Part shown: positions 36,652 to 45,876 of the stretch, in pieces
Layout of the letters: each line of letters opens with the position of its first letter
Numbering within the stretch: the first letter of the stretch is position 1
Source of the DNA: Chloroflexota bacterium
GTDB lineage: Bacteria; Chloroflexota; Dehalococcoidia; Dehalococcoidales; RBG-16-60-22
Direction: 5' to 3'
Length of the DNA stretch: 64,000 nt
Assembly (NCBI GenBank): GCA_018829775.1
Contig: JAHJTL010000075.1
Location: forward strand, 416 to 64,415
The notes under the pieces: model-generated
The model's input: only the letters and a program-made list of their open reading frames with translations
Databases searched by the model: none
What the model was told of the DNA's origin: nothing
Program-made: the position numbers and the translations under genes

Positions 36652-37218
36652 TCAGCTGAGCCTTTTTTCAACGATTTCCCAGTTTATGTTCTTGAAAAAG
36701 GCAGCGATGTAGTCGGCACGTTTCAATCCGTAATCGGTCATGAAGGCATGCTCGAAAACGTCCATGACGAGAATGGGCTTGCAGCCGGCGAGGTGACCAA
36801 CCTCGTGCTCATTTATCCACTGGTTGAAAAGCTGGCCGGTAACATTGTCCTGGTATAGAATCGCCCAGCCGATACCGCGCATTGAGCCGGTGGCCTTGAA
36901 ATCCTGCTCCCAGGCTTCATAGCTGCCAAACGCCTCCTCCAGCTTCTTGGTCACCGCTTCCGGTATGGTCGTCGGACAGATAAAGTTCTCGAAATAGTAT
37001 TCATGCAGCCTCATACCGTTGAACTCAAAGCCAAAACGTCGCTTCAGCTCTGCATATTCCGGATTCGTAGCATCCTTCGCCTTGCTGTTCAGCAGTTCCA
37101 TCAGCTTGTTGGTGTTGTTGACATATCCCTGATACAAAGTGAAATGGTTTTTCAGCAGCGTTTCGCTGAAACCTTCGATGCCTATGAGATAGCTGTAGTC
37201 CTTTGCCTGATAGGCCAT
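36652..37218 (-). CDS. Fe/Mn-family superoxide dismutase (divergent)
   Basis: HFTLYQGYV.. N-domain and DVFEHAFMTDYG (canonical D-x-W-E-H-A-Y-Y) C-domain metal ligands. Confidence 0.8.
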   Translation of the reverse strand: MAYQAKDYSYLIGIEGFSETLLKNHFTLYQGYVNNTNKLMELLNSKAKDATNPEYAELKRRFGFEFNGMRLHEYYFENFICPTTIPEAVTKKLEEAFGSYEAWEQDFKATGSMRGIGWAILYQDNVTGQLFNQWINEHEVGHLAGCKPILVMDVFEHAFMTDYGLKRADYIAAFFKNINWEIVEKRLS

Positions 37219-37247
37219 AGTACATCCCTCCTTATAGTATTTTTAAA

Positions 37248-37718
37248 TCAAGAGCGTGGTGCGCATCCGGGAGAGCGCACCATCAGAACCGGTACGTGTG
37301 CCGAGCGAAGCAATCGGTCGGCCACGCTTCCCCAGACCCATCGGCTTACTCCGGAGCGACCATGTGTGGCCACGATAATGAAGTCGATATCATTCTTGCC
37401 AGCATATTCGGCCAGCTGCTCCGCTGCCCTTCCGACCAGAACCTCTTTTTGGATGGCGACCTTTCCGTAGTCAAGTCCGCTCACCAGCTGTTCAAGATAG
37501 CTCTCCGCAACCGCTTTGCTTTTGACATCCACCTGTTTCATTTCCTCTTCGGTGAGCCAGCCCGTTTCCCCGCGAACCGGCATCATACTGAGTGGCTCCA
37601 CGACGCGAACGAAGACGACCGTCTGCACTCCCTTGGCCTCGGCTATGGTCTGGACGTGCGCCAGCACACATTCCGCCAGCTCAGAGCCGTCCATTGGTAC
37701 CATTATTTTCTTATACAT
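37248..37718 (-). CDS. Universal stress protein (UspA family)
   Basis: MYKKIMVPMDGS...IIVATHGRSGVSRW.WGSVADRLLR..VPVLMV. Confidence 0.9.
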   Translation of the reverse strand: MYKKIMVPMDGSELAECVLAHVQTIAEAKGVQTVVFVRVVEPLSMMPVRGETGWLTEEEMKQVDVKSKAVAESYLEQLVSGLDYGKVAIQKEVLVGRAAEQLAEYAGKNDIDFIIVATHGRSGVSRWVWGSVADRLLRSAHVPVLMVRSPGCAPRS

Positions 37719-37811
37719 CTGTTCATCTCCCTTTCCGTTTTCAGAATAGCTAAAGTTTGTTAAACTACTTCACCGATTTTATTTATTATAGGCTGTCATA
37801 AGATGGCCTTC

Positions 37812-37827
37812 TGTGATTTATATCACA
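37812..37827. promoter_or_regulatory. Perfect CRP/HcpR-type palindrome TGTGA-N6-TCACA
   Basis: TGTGATTTATATCACA lies in the divergent intergenic region between the USP-SOD cluster (minus strand) and the LigD-PE/flavoprotein genes (plus strand). Confidence 0.6.
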
Positions 37828-37966
37828 TTGCAGACATTTATTTATTGTGGCAATATAATATGCCTGTACCCTTCGCATGTCAAGAGGTCACTTTACTTGA
37901 CTGGCAGAAAAGCTGGCACTATAATATCACTCACCATTGGCGTCGCCACTCGGTTGCGAGGGAAAC

Positions 37967-38416
37967 ATGGGACTTGATGAGTACTGTCAGAAGCGAAAAT
38001 TCGACAAAACGCCGGAGCCAGCGGGTGAGGTGGATAGTGAAGAGGGGAATCGCTTCGTGGTGCAGAAGCACCAGGCAAGCCATCTGCACTACGATTTCCG
38101 CCTGGAGATTGAAGGCGTGCTGAAAAGCTGGGCGGTGCCCAGGGGTGTGCCGGACGCGCCCGGCGTAAGGCGTCTGGCTGTGCAGACGGAAGACCATCCT
38201 GTGGAGTACATAGACTTCGCCGGGACCATACCGGAAGGTGAGTATGGTGGCGGCACAGTCGAGATATGGGACAGTGGTACGTTCCGGCTGGATAGAAAAT
38301 CCCCCAAAGAACTTGAATTCGACCTGCAGGGACAAAAGCTATCCGGGGCCTACGTGCTCATTCACACCGACGGTAGAAACTGGCTCCTCATCAAGCGAAA
38401 GGAAAAGCCCCAGTAA
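37967..38416 (+). CDS. Stand-alone DNA ligase D 3'-phosphoesterase (PE) domain protein
   Basis: YCQKRKFDKTPEP...RFVVQKHQASHLHYDFRLE..GVLKSWAVPRG...EDHPVEY..FAGTIPEGEYGGGTVEIWD. Start ATG 37967 after GAGGG. Confidence 0.88.
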   Translation: MGLDEYCQKRKFDKTPEPAGEVDSEEGNRFVVQKHQASHLHYDFRLEIEGVLKSWAVPRGVPDAPGVRRLAVQTEDHPVEYIDFAGTIPEGEYGGGTVEIWDSGTFRLDRKSPKELEFDLQGQKLSGAYVLIHTDGRNWLLIKRKEKPQ

Positions 38417-38450
38417 TATATATTAAAATATATAAGGAAGGGAAAGAACT

Positions 38451-39020
38451 TTGAAAGTCCTGGGAATAATGGGCAGCCCGAGGGTAAAAGGCAATACCGA
38501 CCTGCTTCTGGAAGAAGCTTTGAGAGGGGCACAGAAGGGGCAGGCCGAGGTAGAAAAGCTCGTTGTGGACAAGATGAAGATAACGCCCTGTCGCGAGTAT
38601 TACGGCTGTCTCAAGGATGGCAACTGCGTCATCCGCGACGATATGGACATTATTATCCCCAAGCTTCTGGAGGCTGACGGCATCATCGTGGCGTCGCCCA
38701 TGTTCTTCTATGGAGTTACCGCGCAGTTGAAAGCGCTCATCGACCGCTGCCAGGCGCTGTGGGTGAGAAGGAACGTGCTGAAAACTCTGCCTGACTCTAC
38801 GAAGAAGGGTGTGTTCATCGGTGTGGGGGCGACGAAGGGAAAACAGTTATTTGAGGGCTCAATACTTACCATAAAATACTTCTTCCAGGCCTTCGGCGTG
38901 GAGTATAGCGATGAGCTGCTGGTTCGGGGGGTGGACAAAAGGGGTGAGATAAAAGAACACCCTGATATGCTGAAAGAGGCGTTTACGCTGGGCGAGAGGT
39001 TGGCTCAATATATCGGTTAA
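38451..39020 (+). CDS. Flavodoxin-like NAD(P)H-dependent FMN reductase / iron-sulfur flavoprotein family
   Basis: MKVLGIMGSPRVKGNTDLLL, IIVASPMFFYGVTAQLKALIDR; TTG start. Confidence 0.8.
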   Translation: MKVLGIMGSPRVKGNTDLLLEEALRGAQKGQAEVEKLVVDKMKITPCREYYGCLKDGNCVIRDDMDIIIPKLLEADGIIVASPMFFYGVTAQLKALIDRCQALWVRRNVLKTLPDSTKKGVFIGVGATKGKQLFEGSILTIKYFFQAFGVEYSDELLVRGVDKRGEIKEHPDMLKEAFTLGERLAQYIG

Positions 39021-41476
39021 CGTGCTGGCTTCTTTTTCTCCCTTTCCTCATTGGATAGGCCGTAGAATTTCTTTAGCTTATCCGCCATTTCCTTCAAGGT
39101 ATCGGCCACTTTGCGATTGATAGTGCCCGCCGGGTATTTGCCGTTCTTCCCCCGCTTGCCCGCCGCCACGCCGGTGAGGACCTCAATGCCCTCGTCAACC
39201 GTGCTGACGGCATAGATATGGAACTTTCCTTCCTTTACTGCCTCTGTCACCTCGGGACGCAGCATCAGGTTTCTCAGGTTGGCCCTGGGTATTACCACTC
39301 CCTGGTCGCCATTTATTCCCTTGGCACGGCAGACCTGGTAAAACCCCTCGATTTTTTGGTTGACCCCGCCAATGGGCTGGACTTCACCCTTCTGGTTCAC
39401 CGAGCCGGTCACGGCGATGTTCTGCTTGAGCGGTATGTCCGAAAGACTGGAAAGCAGAGCGTAGAGTTCGGTGGATGAGGCGCTGTCTCCCTCCACGCCC
39501 TCGTAGGACTGCTCGAAGCACAGGCTTGCCGAAAGAGATAGAGGGTGCTCCTGGGCGTACCTCCAGCCCAGATAGCCGCTCAGGATGAGGACACCCTTGT
39601 CGTGGATGCGACCGCTGAGCTGGGATTCCCGCTCGATATTGATGACGCCGCTGCGGCCGAGGAAAGTCTTGCAGGTAATGCGGGAGGGCTTGCCAAAGGT
39701 AACGTCCCCCAGACTGTAGATAGCCAGGCCGTTCACCTGGCCGACCACTTCGCCGGTGGTATCGATGAAGATGGTGCCGCGCTCGATAAGCTCGCTGATG
39801 CGCTCATCGGGCAGGTTATGGCGGAAGCGCCGCTCCTCCGTTGCTTTTTCCACATGCCCGGCGCTGACCAGCGATGCTCCATCACGCCGCGCCCAGAACT
39901 CCGCCTCCTCCACCAGCTCTTTTATCCAGGAAAAACGGGAAGACAGCTTCTCCTGGTCGCCAACCACGCGCGCCGCGTACTCCACCACCTTGGCCACGCC
40001 GGCGCGGTCGAAATGGTGCAGCTCGCACTCCTCACAGTAGCCGGCGATGAAGGCGGCAAAGGCCTTGAGGTTCGGGTTCGTTTTGTCGAGCTGGAAATCG
40101 AAGTCGGCTTTTACCTTGAATATCTCCCAGAAGTCCTCGTCGTACATGGAGAGGAGCTGGTAGAGCATGCCATCACCGATGAGGATTACTTTGACGTTGG
40201 TCGGCATCGGCTGTGGCTTCAACCCCTGCGGAGCGATGAGGCCAAACTGCTCAAAAGGGTCTTCAATGCGGACTTCTTTGGTTCTGATGGCGCGTTTCAA
40301 AGCCGGCCAGACGGCAGGATTGGTCAAGACATCATTGGCACTGAGCAGCAGGTAGCCGCCGTTGGCCAGCTGCAGCGCTCCCGGCTTCAACATGGTATGG
40401 TCGCTGAGGTAACCGCCAAAGAGGAAGCGACGCTCGATTTTGCCAAACAGGTTGGCGTAGTTTGGGTTTGGCTCCGTTATCACGGGCGGCCCCTCGGTGG
40501 CGCTGTTATCGACAAATATATTCACCTGGAAAGGCAAAAAAGGCTCTCGGCCGCCCATCATCTGGCTCGGGGTGATGCCAAGCATCGGTGATGGCTGCGG
40601 CTCTTCCCTTTCCTTGAACATATCCAGGTTATCCAGGGTGAAAGACTTGAGGTCATTGAGGTACTGCATGATTTTTTCCGAGCCCTTGTAGGCATTGAGC
40701 AGGTCCCGGAAAAGGCGGGAGATGGTGAAATCGGCGACCGTTTTATCCGTGTTCTGTAGCTTTTCCACGGTCTGGCTTTCAACTTCACGTATTTTCTCAA
40801 AGGTGGCACGCACTCTCTTGAGCAGCTCGTTTCGTCTCTTCTCTATTCCCTTGCGCACCGACCTGTCCAGTGCCAGATAATCGGCCTGGGAAACGGCCTT
40901 GCCGTCAACCACCGGAAACAGCGCCGGTCCCACCGAAGTCATCTGCAACTGAAAGCCCTGTCGCTGTGCTTCCTCGGCGGTTTCTTCAAGGAGCTTCTGC
41001 TGCCTGGTCTGGCTTTCCTCCACCGCCTTTTTTCTCTCCGAGGTGTACTCCTCGCCGGAGAAAGCCTTGGCCAGTTCCTCTTTGAGTTTTTGCAGCAGGT
41101 TTTTTATCTGGTCGCGAAAAGGCTTCCCCTTTCCCTGCGGCAGGCTTATAATCTGTGGCCGGTCGGGGTCGGCGAAGTTATAAAGGTAGCACCAGTCTTC
41201 AAGCTGGCGTTTCTCCTCCACTTTTTTTCTTTCCACCAGCCGCTGGATGTAGGTTTTCACCACGGTGGTCTTGCCGGTACCGGTCAGGCCGGCAACATAG
41301 ATATTGTAGCCCTCACGGTCCATGGAAAGGCCAAACTCAATGGCACGTATCGCGCGGTCCTGACCAACGAACTCGCGCAGCGGAGCCAGGTTCTTGGTGT
41401 GATCGAATTCAAAGATATTCGGGTCGCATTCCCAGCGCAATTTACTGACTGGAACTTCATATTTCTTGATATCCAT
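39017..41476 (-). CDS. Lon-like AAA+ protease (COG1067-type) with a long charged coiled-coil insertion
   Basis: Walker A GLTGTGKTT. About 200 aa of a highly charged segment. C-terminal S16 domain with GDSAS (Ser) and GGVNQKIEGF (Lys). Start at MDIKKYEV (ATG 41476) after GGGGGA. Confidence 0.85.
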   Translation of the reverse strand: MDIKKYEVPVSKLRWECDPNIFEFDHTKNLAPLREFVGQDRAIRAIEFGLSMDREGYNIYVAGLTGTGKTTVVKTYIQRLVERKKVEEKRQLEDWCYLYNFADPDRPQIISLPQGKGKPFRDQIKNLLQKLKEELAKAFSGEEYTSERKKAVEESQTRQQKLLEETAEEAQRQGFQLQMTSVGPALFPVVDGKAVSQADYLALDRSVRKGIEKRRNELLKRVRATFEKIREVESQTVEKLQNTDKTVADFTISRLFRDLLNAYKGSEKIMQYLNDLKSFTLDNLDMFKEREEPQPSPMLGITPSQMMGGREPFLPFQVNIFVDNSATEGPPVITEPNPNYANLFGKIERRFLFGGYLSDHTMLKPGALQLANGGYLLLSANDVLTNPAVWPALKRAIRTKEVRIEDPFEQFGLIAPQGLKPQPMPTNVKVILIGDGMLYQLLSMYDEDFWEIFKVKADFDFQLDKTNPNLKAFAAFIAGYCEECELHHFDRAGVAKVVEYAARVVGDQEKLSSRFSWIKELVEEAEFWARRDGASLVSAGHVEKATEERRFRHNLPDERISELIERGTIFIDTTGEVVGQVNGLAIYSLGDVTFGKPSRITCKTFLGRSGVINIERESQLSGRIHDKGVLILSGYLGWRYAQEHPLSLSASLCFEQSYEGVEGDSASSTELYALLSSLSDIPLKQNIAVTGSVNQKGEVQPIGGVNQKIEGFYQVCRAKGINGDQGVVIPRANLRNLMLRPEVTEAVKEGKFHIYAVSTVDEGIEVLTGVAAGKRGKNGKYPAGTINRKVADTLKEMADKLKKFYGLSNEEREKKKPAR

Positions 41477-41672
41477 GCTTTCCCCCGGTCTGATGCCTGT
41501 TTGCAAGACGTTTGACACTATTGTTATACCACTAGTTATAGGCTTATTCAAGGAGGAATGCCAGCGAAATTTTATCCTTAAATGCTTCCGTCATTCTGCT
41601 CGTTTTGATTATACAAAATACCTGAAATTCATAAATTTTTTGATTTGTTTTAAAATAAATTTTACAGTAATA

Positions 41673-41702
41673 TTGACAAGAATATGACGCATCTGGTATT
41701 CT
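41673..41702 (+). promoter_or_regulatory. Candidate sigma70-type promoter of the mbh operon
   Basis: TTGACA, then 18 nt, then TATTCT, within a 240-bp AT-rich leader, about 90 nt upstream of mbhA. Confidence 0.35.
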
Positions 41703-41790
41703 ATTCGATAATTGTGTGCCCGAAGCATAATTAGCTTGCTCAAACCGTTACCGTAACTTAGCCGGATAATTTTTTTAAATATAGTTCGGT

Positions 41791-42303
41791 ATGAGATTTT
41801 TAATAACAGCGGTTGTTGCCTATTTACTGTACCTAATTCTAACTATCGGTTCCGGCAATTTACTTCTTTGGAATAGAGCAGAGTTAATCATCGGGGCAAT
41901 CTTTGCCCTGGCGGTTGCCGCTCTGGTCAAGAACAGATACCTCAAGAAAAGCCTGCGCATGCTCAATCCAGCCAGGTGGTTTATCTGGCTCATTTATCTG
42001 TTCCCCTTTTTCTTTGCCATGGCGCAGGCAAATATTGACGTTGCCTATCGTGTTCTCACCGGCAGGATAAATCCGGGCATCGTGAAAATCTCCCCCAATT
42101 TGAAAAACGACATGGCGCTCACCATCCTGGCCAATTCCATCACCCTGACGCCGGGGACTTTGAGCGTTGACGTGGACGAGGAAACCAACGACCTGTACGT
42201 GCACTGGATAAACGTGCAACCCGATGTACTCAAGGAGATGCCCAGAGACTACCATCCGATTTGTAACAATTTCCCCGACTGGGCAAGGAGGATAGCGGGA
42301 TAA
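41791..42303 (+). CDS. mbhA: Mrp/Mbh membrane subunit (MnhE/MrpE-like)
   Basis: First gene of the cluster. MrpE-like pattern (ANIDVAYRVL, ANSITLTPGT). Confidence 0.8.
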   Translation: MRFLITAVVAYLLYLILTIGSGNLLLWNRAELIIGAIFALAVAALVKNRYLKKSLRMLNPARWFIWLIYLFPFFFAMAQANIDVAYRVLTGRINPGIVKISPNLKNDMALTILANSITLTPGTLSVDVDEETNDLYVHWINVQPDVLKEMPRDYHPICNNFPDWARRIAG

Positions 42304-42554
42304 TGTGGCTTCCGGTAACAATCGTGGTGGCAGTCTGCGTTCTAGTGTGCGTTGCCAGGGTATTCATCGGGCCGGGAGCGCCAACCCGCCTTGTTGCCTT
42401 TGACACCACCAATACGCTGGTTGTTGCCCTTCTGGTGGTCCTGGCAATAATGTTCAATCAGGTCGTCTTTGTTGATGTCGCCATTGTCTATGCGGTGCTC
42501 TCGTTTATAATGACGCTTTACATGGCCAGATTCATCGAAGGAAAGAAGTTTTAA
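42303..42554 (+). CDS. mbhB: Mrp/Mbh membrane subunit (MnhF/MrpF-like)
   Basis: 83 aa, 3 TM, ..RVFIGPGAPTRLVAFDT.. typical of MrpF. Start overlaps the mbhA stop. Confidence 0.8.
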   Translation: MWLPVTIVVAVCVLVCVARVFIGPGAPTRLVAFDTTNTLVVALLVVLAIMFNQVVFVDVAIVYAVLSFIMTLYMARFIEGKKF

Positions 42555-42923
42555 ATGGGTGCATTGAATGTAATAACCTATATATTTATTGTGATTGGCC
42601 TGTTCTTTAACGTGGTCGGTGTCTTCGGGCTGCACCGATTTCCCGACGTGTACACCAGACTGCACGCCGCCACGAAGTGCACCACATTTGGCTCGATATT
42701 CCTTATTCTGGCTGTTATCGTACAGTCAGCCGGCATCTGGGCAATGGAAGGAACTTACTCATCCCAGTCCATTCTCTCCATACACGCCGTAATTGCGCTT
42801 GTTATTCTGCTCGTTACCAACGCGACGGGTGCGCATGCGATTGCTCGGGCAGCGCATCGCAGCGGCGAAAAGCCCGCCAGAGCCGTTGTTGATGACCTTG
42901 AAGGGAAGGAAATTAATGATTGA
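42555..42923 (+). CDS. mbhC: Mrp/Mbh membrane subunit (MnhG/MrpG-like)
   Basis: GLHRFPDVYTRLHAATK motif. Confidence 0.85.
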   Translation: MGALNVITYIFIVIGLFFNVVGVFGLHRFPDVYTRLHAATKCTTFGSIFLILAVIVQSAGIWAMEGTYSSQSILSIHAVIALVILLVTNATGAHAIARAAHRSGEKPARAVVDDLEGKEIND

Positions 42924-43161
42924 AGCCGCCGTCCTGCATATCATAACGCCGCTGGCCATAGTTATCTGCGCCATATTTGTGGCCATATTCCGGGACCTTC
43001 TGTATGCCACAATAGCACTGGCGATGATGAGTCTTCTCATGGCAGTAGAGTTTTATCTGCTGCGTGCCCCTGACGTGGCTATTGCTGAAGCTGGCATTGG
43101 CGCGGCGGTAACGACGGCTATCTTTATTATTGCCATCAGGGCAACGAAGCGTATGGAGTAA
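42916..43161 (+). CDS. mbhD: Mbh membrane subunit (DUF4040, MrpA C-terminal-like)
   Basis: Start MIEAAVL (ATG 42916) overlaps the mbhC stop. LLRAPDVAIAEAGIGAAV motif. Confidence 0.75.
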   Translation: MIEAAVLHIITPLAIVICAIFVAIFRDLLYATIALAMMSLLMAVEFYLLRAPDVAIAEAGIGAAVTTAIFIIAIRATKRME

Positions 43162-43163
43162 CG

Positions 43164-43442
43164 ATGAGACAGGTTTTTGCTTGGTTTGTTTTGATAACAC
43201 TGGTGGCGTTCCTCATCACCGGGGCGCTGCTCATGCATCCGTTTGGCTACCCGCCTTCCGATATGGATGATTATATGATTGCCAATTCTCAGGCGGAAAC
43301 GGCAAACAACAATGTAGTGGCGGCAGTGCTGTTTGATTACCGAGGTCTGGACACGCTGGGAGAGGCTACGGTGCTCTTCACGGCAGTGACCGGGGTGTTA
43401 ATGCTCTTCCGGGCTTTGAAAAGGAAGGAGAACAAACTGTAG
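43164..43442 (+). CDS. mbhE: Mbh membrane subunit (MnhB-related, N-terminal part)
   Basis: VVAAVLFDYRGLDTLGEATVLF motif. Confidence 0.75.
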   Translation: MRQVFAWFVLITLVAFLITGALLMHPFGYPPSDMDDYMIANSQAETANNNVVAAVLFDYRGLDTLGEATVLFTAVTGVLMLFRALKRKENKL

Positions 43443-43904
43443 ATGCTGTCTAAAATCGTGCGCACCATATCGAACCAGCTGATACTGTTTATATTGATAT
43501 TTGGACTGTATATTATCATGCACGGGCATGTCACGCCGGGCGGAGGCTTCCAGGGTGGTGCCGTCGTCGCTTCCGGTGTGGTAATGCTAATCGCGGCGTT
43601 TGGCTCCAGCGAGATTAAAAAATCGCTTCGCGAGAGCCATCTCTCTGTGGTGGAAAGCAGCGGCGCACTGATATTTATCGGCATGGCCTTTGCCGGTATG
43701 GGCACCATCTTCTTCTACAATTTCCTGGTTGGCACCCCCGTGTTCGGCGGTATTCCTCCCACCGGCCCCAATCCGGGTAACGTATGGACGGGAGGAGTCA
43801 TTCCGCTGATGAACTTCGGTGTCGGGCTGAAGGTTATGGCTGGACTATCGGCGATTGTTCTCGCCATGGCGCTATTTTCCAGCGGGGAGGAGATGGAAGA
43901 ATGA
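43443..43904 (+). CDS. mbhF: Mbh membrane subunit (MnhB/MrpB-like)
   Basis: HGHVTPGGGFQGGAV motif. Confidence 0.8.
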   Translation: MLSKIVRTISNQLILFILIFGLYIIMHGHVTPGGGFQGGAVVASGVVMLIAAFGSSEIKKSLRESHLSVVESSGALIFIGMAFAGMGTIFFYNFLVGTPVFGGIPPTGPNPGNVWTGGVIPLMNFGVGLKVMAGLSAIVLAMALFSSGEEMEE

Positions 43905-44257
43905 TGCAGTATATTCCTTTTAATATCCCATTTGTTGCCGCAGCGCTCCTGGTGGGTGTGGCTCTGTTCATTTTTCTGTTCAAGCGGAATCTTATAAAAA
44001 TCGTGATGGGTGTCGCCATTTTAAGCTCCGGGGTCAACCTGTTTCTGATAGCTCTGGGGTACCGGGCGGGGGGCGTTGCTCCCATCTATACGGCTACACC
44101 GGAGGGCGTTATGGTGCTGCCCGTGCCGCAGGCACTGACCCTGACCAACATCGTCATCACGGTTTCCGTGATTGCACTGATGCTGACCATGGTGATGTAT
44201 ATCTACCGCCACATGGGAGATATTGACGCCAAAAAATCGAGATTGCTGAAAGGGTAG
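43901..44257 (+). CDS. mbhG: Mbh membrane subunit (MnhC/NuoK-like)
   Basis: Start ATG 43901 overlaps the mbhF stop (ATGA). 3-TM NuoK-like protein. Confidence 0.8.
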   Translation: MMQYIPFNIPFVAAALLVGVALFIFLFKRNLIKIVMGVAILSSGVNLFLIALGYRAGGVAPIYTATPEGVMVLPVPQALTLTNIVITVSVIALMLTMVMYIYRHMGDIDAKKSRLLKG

Positions 44258-44260
44258 AGT

Positions 44261-45829
44261 TTGGAGTACTTAACCGTACACTCGCCGATACTGATTGTGG
44301 CTATACCGCTGCTGGCAGCATTTATCATACCGCTGCTCAGCCGGTTAGGCAGTAAGGTAAGAGATACCTTTAATGTCTCTCTTCTCGGCTTTGTCACGTT
44401 CCTGGTTGCCATCCTGGCCATAGATATCTATGCGAACGGTGCTCGCATCTATACCCTGGGCGCTTCGGTACCGGAACTGGCCAGACCGGAAGGGTATATG
44501 GTGCCGGTGCGCATCATGTTCCAGGTGGACGGCATCTCCATATTCATGGGCCTGACCATAACGGTGGTCGCGCTGGCAGCGCTGGTCTACTCCCTCCAGT
44601 TTGTGAAAAATGAGACCGGGCAGGACCGGTTCTATTCGCTGTTCATGCTTTTGTATGTGGGAATGATTGGCTTGGTATTCACCGGTGACATGTTCAACCT
44701 GTTCGTCTTCCTCGAGATACTGTCCATCGCCGGTGCTGGCCTTGCCTCATACCGCGTCAACCTGGCTGATGCCGTAGAGGGCGGTTTCAAGTACATCGTC
44801 ATTTCTGCGGTCAGTGCTCTGCTGGTGCTCTTTGCCATTGGCATATTATACGGTCAATATAATTTGCTGAGCATCGCCGCGCTGGCAAATACTATGCAAT
44901 TCAACACCCTGGACATGATTGCCCTCGCCATGCTGGCCATCGCCTTCGTCATGAAGCTGGCAGGTGTTCCCCTGCATATGTGGGCGCCGGATACATACGC
45001 CGTGGCGCCGGCTGGTATCACGCCCATGATTTATATGTCCAGCGCCGCCTCCATGTATGCCCTCTACCGGGTTACCTTTACCCTGTATGGCGGCCAATTT
45101 GATACCATGCCAATAGGCTGGGTGGTCATCATCCTGGGCGTGCTCAGCATGTTTATCGGCGTCATGATGGCGATTTATCAGACGGATATCAAGCGCCTCA
45201 TGGCCTACCACGCCATCTCGCAGAGCGGTTACATGCTGCTCGGCGTGGGCGTGGGGCTGGCAGTGCTCACCGACCCCGTAGCGCTGGCCAACTACGGAAG
45301 GGATGCCATGAACGGTGGCATATTCCACATCATAAACAATGCCCTCTATAAGGGTATGCTCTTCCTCACCGCGGAAGCCATCTTCTTTCGCATCGGGACC
45401 AGGGATTTGAACAAGATGGGCGGCCTGGCCCATAACATGAAATGGACGACGATTTTCTTCATCATCGGGGCGCTCGCCATTTCCGGGATTCCACCGTTCA
45501 ACGGGTTTGCCTCGAAGCTGCTTATCTATGAATCGGTATTCCGGTTCAATCCGTTGCTTTCCATCATTGCCATGTTTGTATCGCTGGTGACACTGGCTTC
45601 CTTCACCAAGGTATTTTATTCCGCCTTCACCGGGCCGGAAATGCCCGCCTACCGCGAGGTTCGGGAAGTCCCCAAGTCGATGATTATCGGCATGGGCATA
45701 ATGGTGGCCTGCATCATCTTCTTCAGCATCTTTCCCGGTCTGGTGGTGGATACCATCGTTGCGCCGGCGACGGACGCCCTGATTGACCAGGCGTCATACA
45801 TTAACGGTGTTATGGGGGCTGCGCCCTAG
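44261..45829 (+). CDS. mbhH: Mbh antiporter-like subunit (MrpD/NuoL/M/N family)
   Basis: 522 aa polytopic protein with proton-antiporter family motifs (KLAGVPLHMWAPD, HAISQSGYM). Confidence 0.9.
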   Translation: MEYLTVHSPILIVAIPLLAAFIIPLLSRLGSKVRDTFNVSLLGFVTFLVAILAIDIYANGARIYTLGASVPELARPEGYMVPVRIMFQVDGISIFMGLTITVVALAALVYSLQFVKNETGQDRFYSLFMLLYVGMIGLVFTGDMFNLFVFLEILSIAGAGLASYRVNLADAVEGGFKYIVISAVSALLVLFAIGILYGQYNLLSIAALANTMQFNTLDMIALAMLAIAFVMKLAGVPLHMWAPDTYAVAPAGITPMIYMSSAASMYALYRVTFTLYGGQFDTMPIGWVVIILGVLSMFIGVMMAIYQTDIKRLMAYHAISQSGYMLLGVGVGLAVLTDPVALANYGRDAMNGGIFHIINNALYKGMLFLTAEAIFFRIGTRDLNKMGGLAHNMKWTTIFFIIGALAISGIPPFNGFASKLLIYESVFRFNPLLSIIAMFVSLVTLASFTKVFYSAFTGPEMPAYREVREVPKSMIIGMGIMVACIIFFSIFPGLVVDTIVAPATDALIDQASYINGVMGAAP

Positions 45830-45876
45830 AGGTAATTAATAAAGGGAAAGGTAAATAGAGGTCAGGAGATAGGGAG

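Noticed and set aside
39545-40591. 348-aa plus-strand ORF inside the Lon-like protease gene
   Set aside because: Antisense shadow ORF. It is low-complexity (Ala/Gly/Leu/Arg-rich), has no SD and has no recognisable domain.
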